This document shows positions 62,591 to 64,000 of a DNA stretch of 64,000 bases, piece by piece. The stretch is from Bugula neritina (taxonomy: Eukaryota; Animalia; Bryozoa), in the NCBI GenBank assembly GCA_964035545.1, contig OZ037766.1, forward strand, positions 14,188,722-14,252,721. The letters run 5' to 3'. The notes under the pieces are model-generated. The model saw only the letters and a program-made list of their open reading frames with translations, had not been told where the DNA came from and ran no database searches. How positions within the stretch are numbered: position 1 is the stretch's first letter; every line of letters starts with the position of its first letter. The translations under genes and the position numbers were made by a program.

Positions 62591-64000
62591 TCATGCAGTT
62601 GTAATTAAAGCAGTTCTTTATTCTTGCAGAAATTCTAAAGTGCTTCGTAAAGATACCTGCAGTGCCAAAAAGAAACAAGGTAGTGATAAAATCTATATAG
62701 TTCTACCACTTAAAGCTCTATAGTCTATTTCTTACAATCAGTTACAGTTTGCATTGAATATTTTGTTTATGTATTTTCTAATGGTTTAAGTAGAGGGAGT
62801 AATGAACATTGCCCCGCCTACCAAATCATGTTTCAGTACTCAAAGGGCAAAGAGTTTATAAGCCAAAATCTTCCAGCAGCTCGAAAGATGGACAAAACAT
62901 TGAAGGGTGCTCTCAGGCCAAACCTAAAAGTTCTGAATCTAAAACTAAACCCGGTAAAAACTAATCCTAGTTTAGATATAGGTTAACTTACTAAAAATTT
63001 TATTGTGATTAGCAAAAAGTAAAAGCAATTTTTTAAAATTATTTTCATCTTTTGGCTATTTTCAAGTTTATTTGCATTTTCTTTTTTTCTCAAGGTGCTG
63101 CGGCTAGTAAGAAAACATCTCATGAGCCTAAAAGGTTAGTACTATCATAAAAAAGGCCAAATCTGTAAGAGATGATTTTCAACTGCACTACTTATGTATA
63201 CTATCCCATGGCATATTATATATTTTAATGAAACGGTTTATCCGCAGAGATCAAAGTGCGCCAAGCAAGCCAACTGAGGTAAAGGGCCGGCCGGATAAAA
63301 AGAAAAATGCTCCCAACACTACTACTCGTCCGAAAAATACCAACACTGAAGCCACATTGTCTGTAGCCAAAGGAACTCCTGTACTATCAAACAGTCAAAC
63401 TTCATCTAATTCCAGAAGTAATAAAACACTGGAAGCACCTCTTGCAAAATCTTTGCAGCAAAAACCAGTAGAATTATCAATAAAAAGTAGGTTTTCAATA
63501 GCTCATTCTTTTGTTTTTCTCTGTTTAGTTGGCTATCAATTTGCCAACAAACCAATAATTTTTTGTGTGAATTTTTAAAATGTCAAATTTGTCCCTAAAA
63601 TGGAACATTTTTAAGAAACTCTATAATTTTTTTATAAAGGTAACACACCATCTTGTAAAGAGCAAACTGACACTAAAAGTCAAGTGGAAGAAATGAAAAA
63701 AGCAGAAGAAGGGATAATTTCTCCTGTTATGCAATCCATAATTAAAGAAGACAACTCTGGTGAGTGCTCAATATTTCCTATAACCTCCTGTACTATTGTT
63801 TGACTTTTATATATGTGAGAGTAACAAGTAAACTTCTAAATAAGGCAATCTATAAATTAGCATTATTTGATTATTTCAATAGATAAAACTGCAGCTGCTA
63901 TGAAGAATGAAGAACTATCTGCTAAAAGTAAGTTACTTTCTACATTTTACATTACAGTTTGCTGAGTTTTATATTTGTGATTCAATGAGAAACCTAATTC
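58744..64000 (+). CDS. Unknown multi-exon Lys/Ser-rich protein, continues beyond the window
   Basis: [17 protein letters not shown] (donor ~58796) splices in phase to [13 protein letters not shown]...KLHLE (~59107-59318); further short GT-AG exons follow to the window end; no recognisable domain. Confidence 0.55.
59315..59885 (+). repeat. Intronic 46-bp minisatellite, about 12 units
   Basis: Unit ~TGTGCTATAACAGGGATAGCAAGATGCTATAATGTATACTATATAC; ATAAC recurs at 59335, 59381 and 59427. Confidence 0.93.
62368..62589. repeat. (TA)n microsatellite with rare interruptions
   Basis: Directly visible. Confidence 0.97.

Noticed and set aside
62325-62723. YIYI-repeat ORFs
   Set aside because: Translations of a (TA)n microsatellite.

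Overview
AT-rich eukaryotic (invertebrate-like) genomic DNA with many short GT-AG introns. Left to right: (1) NOC4L on the minus strand, 3' part outside the window, head-to-head with a complete domino (SRCAP/EP400) SWR1-family ATPase gene. Domino appears to encode both an AT-hook short isoform and a SANT/poly-Q long isoform, and about 10 candidate snoRNAs sit in its introns. (2) About 165 bp after the domino stop, a putative 5'TOP, non-coding, multi-exon snoRNA host gene (UHG/GAS5-like), built by tandem duplication. It holds 15 snoRNA copies of 5 families (SNORD31-, SNORD59-, SNORD103-, SNORA3- and snR42/ACA27-like). (3) NEURL2 (NHR + SOCS box, minus) and a Tc1 fossil. (4) Two convergent orphan genes for disordered proteins with lipid-anchor motifs: one with CaaX, one with an N-myristoyl signal plus C-terminal CCC. 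(5) A very young nested LTR complex: an intact BEL/Pao element inside the 3' LTR of an intact Gmr1-type (PR-IN-RT-RH) Ty3/Gypsy element that sits in a (TA)n tract. (6) A perfect TA-centred palindrome, then the 5' part of an unknown Lys-rich gene with an intronic 46-bp minisatellite. Top finding: the BEL/Pao element has no tRNA-type PBS. Its post-LTR sequence GTAAAAACT, present in four tandem copies, is exactly complementary to the predicted first 9 nt of its own transcript, which suggests Tf1-style self-priming. All rRNA target assignments rely on my recall of conserved rRNA and snoRNA sequences and need checking.
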